Below are positions 16,869 through 26,468 of a stretch of DNA of 33,717 nt, piece by piece. The notes below the pieces were generated by a model that saw nothing but the letters and a program-made list of their open reading frames with translations, searched no databases and was not told the origin of the DNA. The stretch is from a virus (lineage: Duplodnaviria; Caudoviricetes), in the IMG/VR virus record IMGVR_UViG_3300012953_000101, positions 1-33,717 of that record. One strand, written 5' to 3'. Position 1 is the first letter of the stretch, and each line of letters begins with the position of its first letter. A program made the translations under genes and the position numbers.

Positions 16869-18050
16869 ATGTCTACCGCATTTTACAAAACTTTAAACCC
16901 AACTCCATTTGGTAATTTTGATGACGATCAAGAATTTCAACAAGATGCTGATAAGATCGTTACTTTTGTCAAAAGAAAATTAGGCGATGATTTATTAAGC
17001 GTAGAACTAACTAAAAAACAAATTTGGGCTTGCTTTGAAGAAGCCACTATGGAATATGGCACTTTAATTAATGAATACCAAACTAAATCACAGTTGTCTA
17101 ACTTATTAGGAATTACTACTGGATCTAATGTTGAGGGTAAATATGCTCATGAAACTCTTGATTTTATTTTAAGATTAGCAGAACCTTATGCGCAAGAAGG
17201 TGGTTTTGGTGGTTCGTATAATACGCTCTCTGGCTCTATAGCTCTAGAAGACGGTAGACAAGATTATGACATGTACTCTGAACTAAAAGATGGGAGTGGA
17301 AACTTAATTTTTTCTTCTAGCTTAAACGGAGACGGCGCAGGTAAATTAAAAATCCATGAAGTTTTTCACTTCTCACCACAAGCTGCTTATAGGTTTTTTG
17401 ATACGACATCTGCAATAAATTATCTTAATAATGAATTTTCATTCGAGTCATTTACTCCAGAGACCGTATTTTATGTTTTACCAGTCTTCGAAGATGTACT
17501 TCGAGGTGGAATGATGGATATGTCTAATAGAGTTAGAAGATCTAATTTTTCTTATAGAACTTCCGGAACAAAAATAAGAATATTTCCAACACCTACATTT
17601 ACAGACGAAACAGCTTCAACTAAAAAACTTTGGTTAAGAGTTGGTTTTGGTAATGACCCATTTGATCCTGCATATAATGATTCTACTGTAGAGGGAGTAA
17701 GTACAGTTGCGAATATTCCTTTTAACTATTTAACTTATAAAAGCATTAATTCGATGGGGAGACAGTGGATATATGAGTATACTCTAGCACTATCTATGGA
17801 GATATTAGGTCTTATAAGGTCTAAATTTGGAAGCGTACCAATCCCCGGAGGAGATCTTCAGCTTAATGGAACAGACTTATTATCTAGAGCTACATCAGAA
17901 AAAGAGAAACTTATGGCTCATATGAAAGAGCTTTTAGAGAATCTTACATATGATAAGATGCTAGAAGGAGAAGCTACAAAAGCTGAAAATCTTCAAAGAG
18001 TTCTTAAAACTATACCTATACCAGTAGGGAAAGCGATTATAATCGGTTAA
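16869..18050 (+). CDS. Neck / head-tail adaptor protein (T4 gp13-like)
   Basis: N-terminal VKRKLG...VELTKKQI and C-terminal WIYEYTLAL..EILGLIRSKFGSVPIPGGDLQLNG resemble gp13 motifs. Position fits. Confidence 0.82.
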   Translation: MSTAFYKTLNPTPFGNFDDDQEFQQDADKIVTFVKRKLGDDLLSVELTKKQIWACFEEATMEYGTLINEYQTKSQLSNLLGITTGSNVEGKYAHETLDFILRLAEPYAQEGGFGGSYNTLSGSIALEDGRQDYDMYSELKDGSGNLIFSSSLNGDGAGKLKIHEVFHFSPQAAYRFFDTTSAINYLNNEFSFESFTPETVFYVLPVFEDVLRGGMMDMSNRVRRSNFSYRTSGTKIRIFPTPTFTDETASTKKLWLRVGFGNDPFDPAYNDSTVEGVSTVANIPFNYLTYKSINSMGRQWIYEYTLALSMEILGLIRSKFGSVPIPGGDLQLNGTDLLSRATSEKEKLMAHMKELLENLTYDKMLEGEATKAENLQRVLKTIPIPVGKAIIIG

Positions 18051-18053
18051 ACT

Positions 18054-18734
18054 ATGTCTAGACTTTTTATCACACCTAGAGAGCTTGATTTAATATCTCA
18101 TTTAAACAAAGAGATTATAAAGGACGTAGTGGGTCAAAAAGTTTACTATTACAAAGTCAGAGATGACCTATCAGATGTTCACGATGTTTATGAAGAATCT
18201 CCAGAGAAAGTATTTGACCCTCCAGTTGAAATGGATGCAAGAGTAGAATGGAATATGGCATCTTATAGAACTAATAAATTTGGTGTAGAGGAATATTCAG
18301 AAATAACTGTATGGTTTCACCAAAGAGATTTAATGCATAAACAATTAGACGCTGAAACTGGAGATTATTTGTCTTATGGAGATACTTTCTTTGAAGTAAT
18401 ATCTGCAGTTGTTGATAATACTTTGTTTGGCCAAATAGAATATAGCACTGGATATGTGTTAAAATGTAGACAGGCAAGGAAAGGCTTAATTAACAAAACT
18501 CCGCACGGTCCTACTAGTGAAGAATACTCAGATCCTGGGGCCGTTCAAGAGACATTCGTTCAACAAAGAGGTTTCTCCAGCAATCGTCTTGGAGATACTG
18601 GCGATGAAAGAGACTTAATAAATCAAGGTAAATTAGAACTTCCAATTTCAGGTGAACCAGCAGAAGTATCCCCAAGAGGAGATGATTCTGGCGTATCTTC
18701 ATCTTTTTATGCAGACCAAGGAATTAAGAAATAA
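18054..18734 (+). CDS. Head-closure/neck protein (gp14-like position)
   Basis: VGQKVYYY, DVYEES and GDYLSYGDTFFEV (GDxx...FEV stopper-type pattern). Lies between the gp13-like and gp15-like genes. Confidence 0.65.
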   Translation: MSRLFITPRELDLISHLNKEIIKDVVGQKVYYYKVRDDLSDVHDVYEESPEKVFDPPVEMDARVEWNMASYRTNKFGVEEYSEITVWFHQRDLMHKQLDAETGDYLSYGDTFFEVISAVVDNTLFGQIEYSTGYVLKCRQARKGLINKTPHGPTSEEYSDPGAVQETFVQQRGFSSNRLGDTGDERDLINQGKLELPISGEPAEVSPRGDDSGVSSSFYADQGIKK

Positions 18735-20014
18735 TGTCAACTTATTATCAAACTGGCAATGGTTATTTACCTTTCGGTTCTTCGGTAGGAGAAGAAATTG
18801 AAGTTCCTGATTGCTCTGTTGAAGATGTGGATAGAGCATTATTTAACTTTTTTAATAAAGACTTAGATTTATATTACAAAGAAAATAATAAAAATTCTAA
18901 AAGAGTACCAGTTATTTTTGCCACTGGCGAAAGATTTGCAGTTCTGAGAAGAAAAAAGCCATTAAGGGATAAATCTTCTGCACTAATTCTTCCTTTAATA
19001 TCTATATCTAGAACTGGAGTGAACCAGTCTATATCTAGAGGGATGGGAACAAATCAAGTTGGTGATATAACAATAAAGAAAAAATTATCTGCTAAAGACC
19101 CTGCATATCAAAGGTTTATGAATAAAGAAAATCTAATTAACCAAGATGATAGAGCCCACCCTTCACACTATATCCCTAATGTAGATAGAAATGCTTCAGA
19201 TGGCGATGGGACCGAGCCTGGAAAAATAGCAAAAAGAAGATCAAATATACAATCTAGCCCAGACTTTAGATCTGGAAAGTTAATCAGTAAAAAAGCAGCC
19301 AACAATATTTACGAAATATACACTATAAGATCTCCAAAATATTTTACTGCAACTTATGATATAACGATATGGACACAGTATATGCAACAAATGAACGATA
19401 TTTTAAGTTGCATTATGTCATCTTATCATAGTCAAGGAGTTAGGTCTGTAAGGGTCGAATCTGAAAAAGGCTATTATTTTGTGGCATATTTTGGAGAATC
19501 TATAGCATCAGAAGCAAATTTTGATGATTTTAGTGATGATGAGAGAATAGTTAAGTATTCGATGAGTGTAGAAGTTACAGGTTATATAATAAACCCTAAA
19601 TTTCCAGGGTCTAAATCAATTGTCACAAAATACATATCAGCGCCACAAATAAGTTTTGATATGATAGAAGTTAATGCAATGCCAAAACAAATAGACATGA
19701 GAGGAATCGCGAGTGGAAACCCAGATGATTATATTTTGCAAGACTTAACAACAATTGATGAACCGTTACCAGCTGGGGCAATTGGAAACAATTCTTTGAC
19801 TAATGATCCACCATATTATAAAAACACTAATGTCGGTGGAACAGAGTCTGGTCCGGACCCATTAACGGTAGAGAGAAAGTATATAGATCCATACACGGGT
19901 CAAACAGTCAAACAGGAACTTAAAATTAAATCTAGAAACCAGAGATCTGGTGAAACGGTTTATAAAGAACAAATTACTTATGATTTAGGCGAAATAGTAC
20001 TAACTCCTAAGTAA
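18734..20014 (+). CDS. Tail completion / sheath stabiliser (T4 gp15-like) with extensions
   Basis: KRVPVIFATGER, ILPLISISRTG, YDITIWTQYMQQMNDIL, YSMSVEVTGYI. Directly precedes the sheath genes. Confidence 0.72.
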   Translation: MSTYYQTGNGYLPFGSSVGEEIEVPDCSVEDVDRALFNFFNKDLDLYYKENNKNSKRVPVIFATGERFAVLRRKKPLRDKSSALILPLISISRTGVNQSISRGMGTNQVGDITIKKKLSAKDPAYQRFMNKENLINQDDRAHPSHYIPNVDRNASDGDGTEPGKIAKRRSNIQSSPDFRSGKLISKKAANNIYEIYTIRSPKYFTATYDITIWTQYMQQMNDILSCIMSSYHSQGVRSVRVESEKGYYFVAYFGESIASEANFDDFSDDERIVKYSMSVEVTGYIINPKFPGSKSIVTKYISAPQISFDMIEVNAMPKQIDMRGIASGNPDDYILQDLTTIDEPLPAGAIGNNSLTNDPPYYKNTNVGGTESGPDPLTVERKYIDPYTGQTVKQELKIKSRNQRSGETVYKEQITYDLGEIVLTPK

Positions 20015-20031
20015 GATTGAAATTAACTTTA

Positions 20032-20038
20032 ATAATTA
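20032..20038 (+). promoter_or_regulatory. ATAnTTA motif upstream of sheath 1
   Basis: ATAATTA 42 nt upstream of ATG 20074. Confidence 0.5.
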
Positions 20039-20073
20039 TGATAGACAGCATATGCGCTTGAGGAGATAAAAAC

Positions 20074-23000
20074 ATGGCAGAACAAACATTTAGGTCTCCA
20101 GGGTTTTTCGAGCAGGAGATCGACCTTTCACAAAGACAGGCATCTCCGCTAGGAACACCGGCTGGAGTTATAGGCACAGCAGAAAAAGGACCTGCATTCG
20201 TGCCGGTCACTGTCGGGAGCTTCGCAGATTTCGAAACTAAGTTTGGAACTCTTCACCCAGATAGATTTGGTCCTTACGCAGTGAATGAGTATTTAAAATA
20301 TAGAGAAGCAGTAACCTACACTAGGGTGTTAGGTGCAGGATCAAACTCTAGTAACAGTGATATCAGCAATACCAGAACTTATGGTTATGTTAAAAATGCT
20401 GGTTTTAAACTTGTTAGCTCACGATCTGATGATGCAGTTGCAGGATTGATAGACCAAGGTATGGTTCAGTTTATAACTGCTTTACACTACGTTTCAGCCT
20501 CGCAAGAAGGTGTTGGTTATCCTTCTTTTACAGATAATGTTAGTTATCCTTCACTGGCAACTAGACCAACTAAATTTGGTGGTGCTCGAAATATTAACCT
20601 GGTCCGTGGAGTTATACTAACTTCAACTGGCTCAAGAGCTTTAGTAGCAGACCACAATCAAACAATTAATACTTCCTGGTTAAGAGCTAATACAGCAGCC
20701 GGGGCTGCAGCTCGAATAACAGCTACTCAATTCCGCAATTCTGGCGGAGAAGAAGCTACTGGCAATCCAAAGTATCAAACTTTCAAGCTAGTTATTTCTT
20801 CTTCTGCAGGACAAAGGTGGGGATATGATGATAATGTTGCTGGACTTAGAATCTACACAGCTTCTTTAAACCCAGCTAATAAACACTACATAGCTAACGT
20901 TCTAAACGCTGACCCAGATTTATTCCAAGAAGCGCAACACTTGCTTTGGCAAGATTTCGCTGTTGAAGACGAGCTAGCACCAGTTAGTCACTTAACAAAA
21001 TCTATTGGTTTATTCTCAGGTTCGACAAAAATAAACAATGTCGGCGCCGGCGATAAATGGATGGATTCGTTTGGAAGATTTGATACAAGATATACAACGC
21101 CAAGAACAACAAGCTTCATATCTCAGCCATTTGGAACCCAAGAGTTTGAGTTATTTCACTTTGAAACTATAGATGATGGTGCTTATGCGAACGATAAAGT
21201 TAAAATATCAATTAGTAACTTAGTAGCTTCTACAGATCCAAACTATGAATATGGAACATTTAACGTTGAAGTAAGAGTTCTCACTGACACTGACTTAGGT
21301 AGGGAAGTACTTGAAGTATTCCCTAATTGTAGTCTAGATCCAAAGAGCGACAGATTCATTGCTAAGCAAGTTGGTGATAAAAAAGTTTATTACGATTTTG
21401 ACTCTGAAGATCCAGATGATAGAAGAATTGTAATTGAAGGTCTTTATCCTAATAAATCTGCTAGAATTAGAGTAATTGTAGACGATGATGTATATAACCA
21501 AAGAATTCCAAAAACTTGCTTACCATTTGGTTTTACTGGAGTTCCAACGCTTAAGTTCTCAGATTCTCTAACAGATACAGGGCAAAAAATCAGAGCACTT
21601 GGAATTGATGTTGATAATGCATCTGATCAAGCTTTCAACAGAAGGATTGAACAAGGGATTGGTACCGGAGTTCGTGCACCATCACTAACAGGTTCAATTG
21701 TTCCTCCGCTTCCATTTAGATTTAAAGTCACTAGAGGTAAAGTAAAGCAGACTAGCACAAAATACAAGGGAGATATCGGTAAGAGCGAAAGAGTTGATTC
21801 ACGTTTATACTGGGGAGTTAAAACAACAAGATTACAATTAACTTCTTCTCTTCACACTAATGGATCTGTAAATCCAGCTTTAGATGCCAACGCAGGATCT
21901 ACTTTTAATAGAATAATTGGTGCATATAGTAAATTTACTGGAATTGAAAAACTAGATAACTTAGTCACTGGCTCTGGAAAAGACTACTTCAATAACAATA
22001 AGTTTAGTTTAGCTAAAGTTGCTTTACTAGATAATACTGTAGTTGCACTCTCTAGCTCCGCAGCAGAAGCTATGAAAAGATCGGCATACTTTAGAGACGC
22101 AATCCCAGATGGTACCACTTACAAGGTCTATGACCCTTCATATGGAACTGACAGGATAACACTTGCTTCTTTAGTACAGTCAAGCTCTATAAAATTCAAT
22201 AGATTCTCTGATTATGCAAAATTCACCAATATATTTTATGGTGGATGGGACGGATTAAACATTCTTGATAAAGATGTTCGATTAATGAGAGACAAAGCAG
22301 CATCTACTGACGCTGGAGGAAAAGGCGGAGATACTATTACTGGTGGATTAGGATTAGCAAACACTAGCAATGGTGGGATGATGGGCGCCGGCTCTCAAAA
22401 TAATGTCATCGCAGCTTATCGTAAAGCAGTCCAAATAATGACAGACAACACTATTGTTAACACGAATTTACTTTCTATTCCTGGAATTAGAGATCCATTC
22501 GTTACAGACTTAGCACTTAGATTAAATAAAGAATACGCTATGTCGATGTATGTCATGGACATTCAGCATTACGATGAAGATGAAAACAGGCTTTTCGACG
22601 GCGGTACAGCTAAACCAGATGCAAGAGAGACTGGAGAGCAATTTGAAAGTAGAACGGTCGATAATAACTATGCTGCTACATACTTCCCAGATGTATATAT
22701 TAATGATGCTGTTAATAACAGAAGCGTTAAAGTTCCATCTTCGGTAGCTGCACTTTCAGCTCTAGCTTATAATGATTCGGTGGCTTACCCATGGTTTGCA
22801 CCCGCAGGGTTTAACAGAGGGTCTCTTGGATCAGTTGTGAATACCCAGGTTAGACTATCAACTTCTGATAGAGACAACCTCTATGATGCTAGAATTAACC
22901 CGATTGCAAACTTCCCCACTGGCGGTTTTGTAATCTTCGGGCAAAAGACACTTCAGCAAGCTAAGTCTGCTCTAGACAGAGTTAATGTTAGAAGAATGCT

Positions 23001-23289
23001 TCTAGAAGTTAAGAGGCTGGTTGTACAAATAGCAGATAAGCTTCTATTTGAGCCTAACAACTCTAAAACAAGAGACAGGTTTGTTGGTCAAGTTGCACCA
23101 CTTCTTGCTTTGATTCAAACTCAGCAAGGAATTGAAAAATTCAAAGTAATTTGTGACAGCACTAACAACTCGCAAGAAGATGTTGATCAAAATAGGCTTA
23201 ATGGAAAGATCGTAGTTGTACCAACTAGATCAATTGAATTTATTGCTATTGACTTTATTGTAACAAACAGTGGCGTATTATTCGAATAG
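20074..23289 (+). CDS. gp18: Contractile tail sheath protein, paralog 1 (gp18-like)
   Basis: SPG..EIDLS N-terminus, G.A.KGPAFVP, PWFAPAGFNRG, INPIA.FP, FGQKTLQ, SALDRVNVRRMLL, FEPN, PTRSIEFIAIDF. Confidence 0.94.
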   Translation: MAEQTFRSPGFFEQEIDLSQRQASPLGTPAGVIGTAEKGPAFVPVTVGSFADFETKFGTLHPDRFGPYAVNEYLKYREAVTYTRVLGAGSNSSNSDISNTRTYGYVKNAGFKLVSSRSDDAVAGLIDQGMVQFITALHYVSASQEGVGYPSFTDNVSYPSLATRPTKFGGARNINLVRGVILTSTGSRALVADHNQTINTSWLRANTAAGAAARITATQFRNSGGEEATGNPKYQTFKLVISSSAGQRWGYDDNVAGLRIYTASLNPANKHYIANVLNADPDLFQEAQHLLWQDFAVEDELAPVSHLTKSIGLFSGSTKINNVGAGDKWMDSFGRFDTRYTTPRTTSFISQPFGTQEFELFHFETIDDGAYANDKVKISISNLVASTDPNYEYGTFNVEVRVLTDTDLGREVLEVFPNCSLDPKSDRFIAKQVGDKKVYYDFDSEDPDDRRIVIEGLYPNKSARIRVIVDDDVYNQRIPKTCLPFGFTGVPTLKFSDSLTDTGQKIRALGIDVDNASDQAFNRRIEQGIGTGVRAPSLTGSIVPPLPFRFKVTRGKVKQTSTKYKGDIGKSERVDSRLYWGVKTTRLQLTSSLHTNGSVNPALDANAGSTFNRIIGAYSKFTGIEKLDNLVTGSGKDYFNNNKFSLAKVALLDNTVVALSSSAAEAMKRSAYFRDAIPDGTTYKVYDPSYGTDRITLASLVQSSSIKFNRFSDYAKFTNIFYGGWDGLNILDKDVRLMRDKAASTDAGGKGGDTITGGLGLANTSNGGMMGAGSQNNVIAAYRKAVQIMTDNTIVNTNLLSIPGIRDPFVTDLALRLNKEYAMSMYVMDIQHYDEDENRLFDGGTAKPDARETGEQFESRTVDNNYAATYFPDVYINDAVNNRSVKVPSSVAALSALAYNDSVAYPWFAPAGFNRGSLGSVVNTQVRLSTSDRDNLYDARINPIANFPTGGFVIFGQKTLQQAKSALDRVNVRRMLLEVKRLVVQIADKLLFEPNNSKTRDRFVGQVAPLLALIQTQQGIEKFKVICDSTNNSQEDVDQNRLNGKIVVVPTRSIEFIAIDFIVTNSGVLFE

Positions 23290-23324
23290 TGAATATCTAT
23301 CTATAAGGATTAGGAGAATTAAAC

Positions 23325-26300
23325 ATGGCAGAACAAACATTTAGAAGTCCAGGAGTGGGAACAAGGGAGATCGATTTAAGCGGTCCGACTGCAACAGCTC
23401 CTCAGGGCACGCCGGCAGGAATTATAGGTACTGCAAAAGAGGGACCAGCATTTGTTCCTCAAACTGTAGCCACTTATCAAGACTTTGTCGCTATATTCGG
23501 ATCAACTGATGGCGAAAAACTCGGGCCATTAGCTATGTATGAGTGGATGAGAAATGCTCGAGCTGGTACTTACTTAAGAGTTTTAGGGGTTGGTACTGGA
23601 GAAAAAAGGCTTGACTCAGCAGGAACTGATGCAGACAGTAATACTATTGAAGCTGGAGGAGTAAAGAACTCTGGATTTACAGTAGGTCAGAGGGGAGTAC
23701 AAGACAATGGGCTTGTAGGAAATAATAGTTACGCATACGCAACAGCTAAAGGTGGCGAAAATAAAGGCCGAACATATTTGCTTGGAGCTTTTATGTCTGC
23801 TTCAGCTGGTTCTACTATCTTCGATGATGCTGGAATGGGAGCTGGTTTTAAAGGAAACACAATCCACCGAACCGGTGAAAACCAAGACAAAGGCTTCCCA
23901 ATTGTCCGTGGCGTTATCATGGTTCCGTCAGGAGTCGTTGCTTCGCTAAGTGGTTCCGGATACAGTGATAATACTCCCGCAACCGCAAAAGATTGGGATG
24001 TTAAATCTCTTGCCGGTGGTCATGTTGGAGATGTAAATCTTTCTAACACAACCAACTATGAATTTGTTATGTTGCTAAATGGCCACAAACATACTACAAG
24101 GTATCCAAACACTGTTACAGCTTCTCTCTCTCCATTGAGTCCGTCTTATCTGCCAAATATCCTAAATACGGACCCATCTAAAATAGAAGAGGCTGGACAC
24201 TACCTTTACAATTACTATACTGTTCACCCTAATTTAGCTATTATTACAGGATCTATGGTGTTAAGTGGGGCTTCTCAGTTCAAGCCAACAGGCTCTGGAG
24301 AGCCAGTTGCGTTCTTATTGACAAGTTCATTAAACCGAAACACAGGAAACGCAACAAAACCAAATTACGAAGGCTTTCAAGATAGATTCAGAACAGCATT
24401 TTCTCCATTCGTAACATCTCAGAAGTTTGGATCTAAAAGAACTAACTTGTTTAAGTTTCATGCTTTAAATGATGGAGATAGAAGCAAAGAGCAGTTAGCT
24501 ATTGAAATTGCAAATATTAAATCTGGAAAAACAGATAGAGATTATGGAAAGTTTGATGTCTACATTAAGAGAGTTCTTCCAGAAGCTCTCGGTGATGGAC
24601 CAATAGAGACTTTTTCTGGTGTCGACTTAAATCCTGGATCTGACAATTACATCGCTAGAAGAATTGGTGACTATAACATTTATTATGATTTTGATAAAAT
24701 GGCTGGAAACCAAAAAATAGTTGTTGAAGGAACACACCCGAACTTATCAAAACAAGTCAGAGTAGAAGTACACCCAGATGTTACAAATGGTAATGTTCAC
24801 CACAGCGCACTTCCATTGGGATACAGGGGTCCATACCACTTAGTTAGTTCTGGGTCAGATATCTTTAACGCTGCAGACGTATTTACTGGGTCTGGTGGTA
24901 ACGATGTACTCCAGGGAAGCTGGTGGGATCACTTAGTTGAACCACCACAGCCCCAGAGACAAAATATCTCCCTCGGAACTGATCCAAAGAGAGAAACTAG
25001 TTCAAGATTATCTTGGGGATTCCAGTTTGAAAAGCTTGATTCAACCACAGAGCCCAACAAGCAAGTTGTTGTAGACGAATCGATTTTAGCTTTCATGAAA
25101 TATTATCCATACTTCCAGACTGCTAATAGGCCAGCTTGGGTTGGAGATAACGCTGGAATATTAGATTCTGGTGGAACAATTTTAGATTCTGATAGGTTTA
25201 ACAATAATGCTTTTAGTATGGAGCAAATCCAAGTCCATACAAAATCTTCTTCAGACGTTGTAGATAATAACGAATGGGCATTTGCATCCTATAGAAGAAA
25301 AGGAGTGCTTAGTGCTTCTCTAAGAAAAACTGATGGAACTTTTGATCCAGGCAGATTCCTTGACGCTAGTAAAGACTTTGGAGATCCAGCTTCTACTAAA
25401 TTCCTCAGATTTACTTTCCCAATGCAGGGTGGTTTTGATGGAGTCAATATTTTTGATGCTCAAAAAGCAAAACTATCTAACCTAGCAGCATTAAGAGAAA
25501 TGAATGATACTAGTCAAGGTGAAGGAGAAGGGCAAACAGTTTCTACTTATCTTAAAGCTTTAGACGTAATGGCAGAAAAATCAGATGTAGACATTCAACT
25601 CCTTGCAATTCCTGGGATTAGAGAGACAAAAATCACAGATTATGCAGTCCAGAAGACAGAAGAAAGATTTGATGCTCTTTATATTATGGATATCGAAGAA
25701 AGAGATACACTTAATAACGTAGTTACTTCATCTCTTGAACAAACTGTTAGCGTTTCATTAACAGTCGATGACTTTAAGTCAAGGACTCTTGATACTTCAT
25801 TCGCCGCAGCATACTTCCCTGATGTCGTAATACCTGATCCAGCAACCCAAACAAATGTTCGGGCGGCACCTTCAGTTGCAGTTATTGGCGCTTTAGCTCT
25901 CAATGATGCTGTTGCATTCCCATGGTTTGCTCCCGCTGGCTTTACTCGCGGCGCACTCCAAGATGTGAACCAGTCAACATTAAACTTAAGCAAAAATAAT
26001 TTAGACGTGTTATATGATGCGGATATCAATCCAATCACTAAATTCCCGACCTCTTCTGGTCTGGTAATATTCGGTCAGAAGACCCTACTTAACGCTGCTT
26101 CTTCTCTTGATAGAGTTAACGTTCGTAGACTTCTAATTGACATTAGAAGAAAGGTAAGACAAGTTGCAGATACATTCTTATTCGAGCCTAACCGTGGTGA
26201 AACACTTACAAGGTTCTCAGCTGCAGTCAGCCCAATTCTTACAACTATTCAACAACAGCAAGGTTTAGATAGATTTAAGGTTCTTATTGATACTACTACC

Positions 26301-26420
26301 ACAACTCAAGCTGATGTTGAAAACAACACAATCCGCGGTAAAATATTCTTACAGCCTACCCGGGCAGTAGAATTTATTAGTCTAGACTTTGTCGTTACAA
26401 ACAATGGCACAGAAATCTAG
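23325..26420 (+). CDS. gp18: Contractile tail sheath protein, paralog 2 (gp18-like)
   Basis: Same motif set: SPGVGTREIDLS, PWFAPAGFTRG, FGQKTL, LDRVNVRRLL, FEPN, QPTRAVEFISLDF. SD TAGGAG, and a variant motif ATATCTA at 23293. Confidence 0.94.
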   Translation: MAEQTFRSPGVGTREIDLSGPTATAPQGTPAGIIGTAKEGPAFVPQTVATYQDFVAIFGSTDGEKLGPLAMYEWMRNARAGTYLRVLGVGTGEKRLDSAGTDADSNTIEAGGVKNSGFTVGQRGVQDNGLVGNNSYAYATAKGGENKGRTYLLGAFMSASAGSTIFDDAGMGAGFKGNTIHRTGENQDKGFPIVRGVIMVPSGVVASLSGSGYSDNTPATAKDWDVKSLAGGHVGDVNLSNTTNYEFVMLLNGHKHTTRYPNTVTASLSPLSPSYLPNILNTDPSKIEEAGHYLYNYYTVHPNLAIITGSMVLSGASQFKPTGSGEPVAFLLTSSLNRNTGNATKPNYEGFQDRFRTAFSPFVTSQKFGSKRTNLFKFHALNDGDRSKEQLAIEIANIKSGKTDRDYGKFDVYIKRVLPEALGDGPIETFSGVDLNPGSDNYIARRIGDYNIYYDFDKMAGNQKIVVEGTHPNLSKQVRVEVHPDVTNGNVHHSALPLGYRGPYHLVSSGSDIFNAADVFTGSGGNDVLQGSWWDHLVEPPQPQRQNISLGTDPKRETSSRLSWGFQFEKLDSTTEPNKQVVVDESILAFMKYYPYFQTANRPAWVGDNAGILDSGGTILDSDRFNNNAFSMEQIQVHTKSSSDVVDNNEWAFASYRRKGVLSASLRKTDGTFDPGRFLDASKDFGDPASTKFLRFTFPMQGGFDGVNIFDAQKAKLSNLAALREMNDTSQGEGEGQTVSTYLKALDVMAEKSDVDIQLLAIPGIRETKITDYAVQKTEERFDALYIMDIEERDTLNNVVTSSLEQTVSVSLTVDDFKSRTLDTSFAAAYFPDVVIPDPATQTNVRAAPSVAVIGALALNDAVAFPWFAPAGFTRGALQDVNQSTLNLSKNNLDVLYDADINPITKFPTSSGLVIFGQKTLLNAASSLDRVNVRRLLIDIRRKVRQVADTFLFEPNRGETLTRFSAAVSPILTTIQQQQGLDRFKVLIDTTTTTQADVENNTIRGKIFLQPTRAVEFISLDFVVTNNGTEI

Positions 26421-26433
26421 TATAAATCCATTA

Positions 26434-26447
26434 ATACTTAATATTTA
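26434..26447 (+). promoter_or_regulatory. Tandem ATAnTTA motif upstream of the tail tube
   Basis: ATACTTA at 26434 directly followed by ATATTTA at 26441. ATG at 26469. Confidence 0.55.
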
Positions 26448-26468
26448 AATCATGAAGGAGTAATAAAA

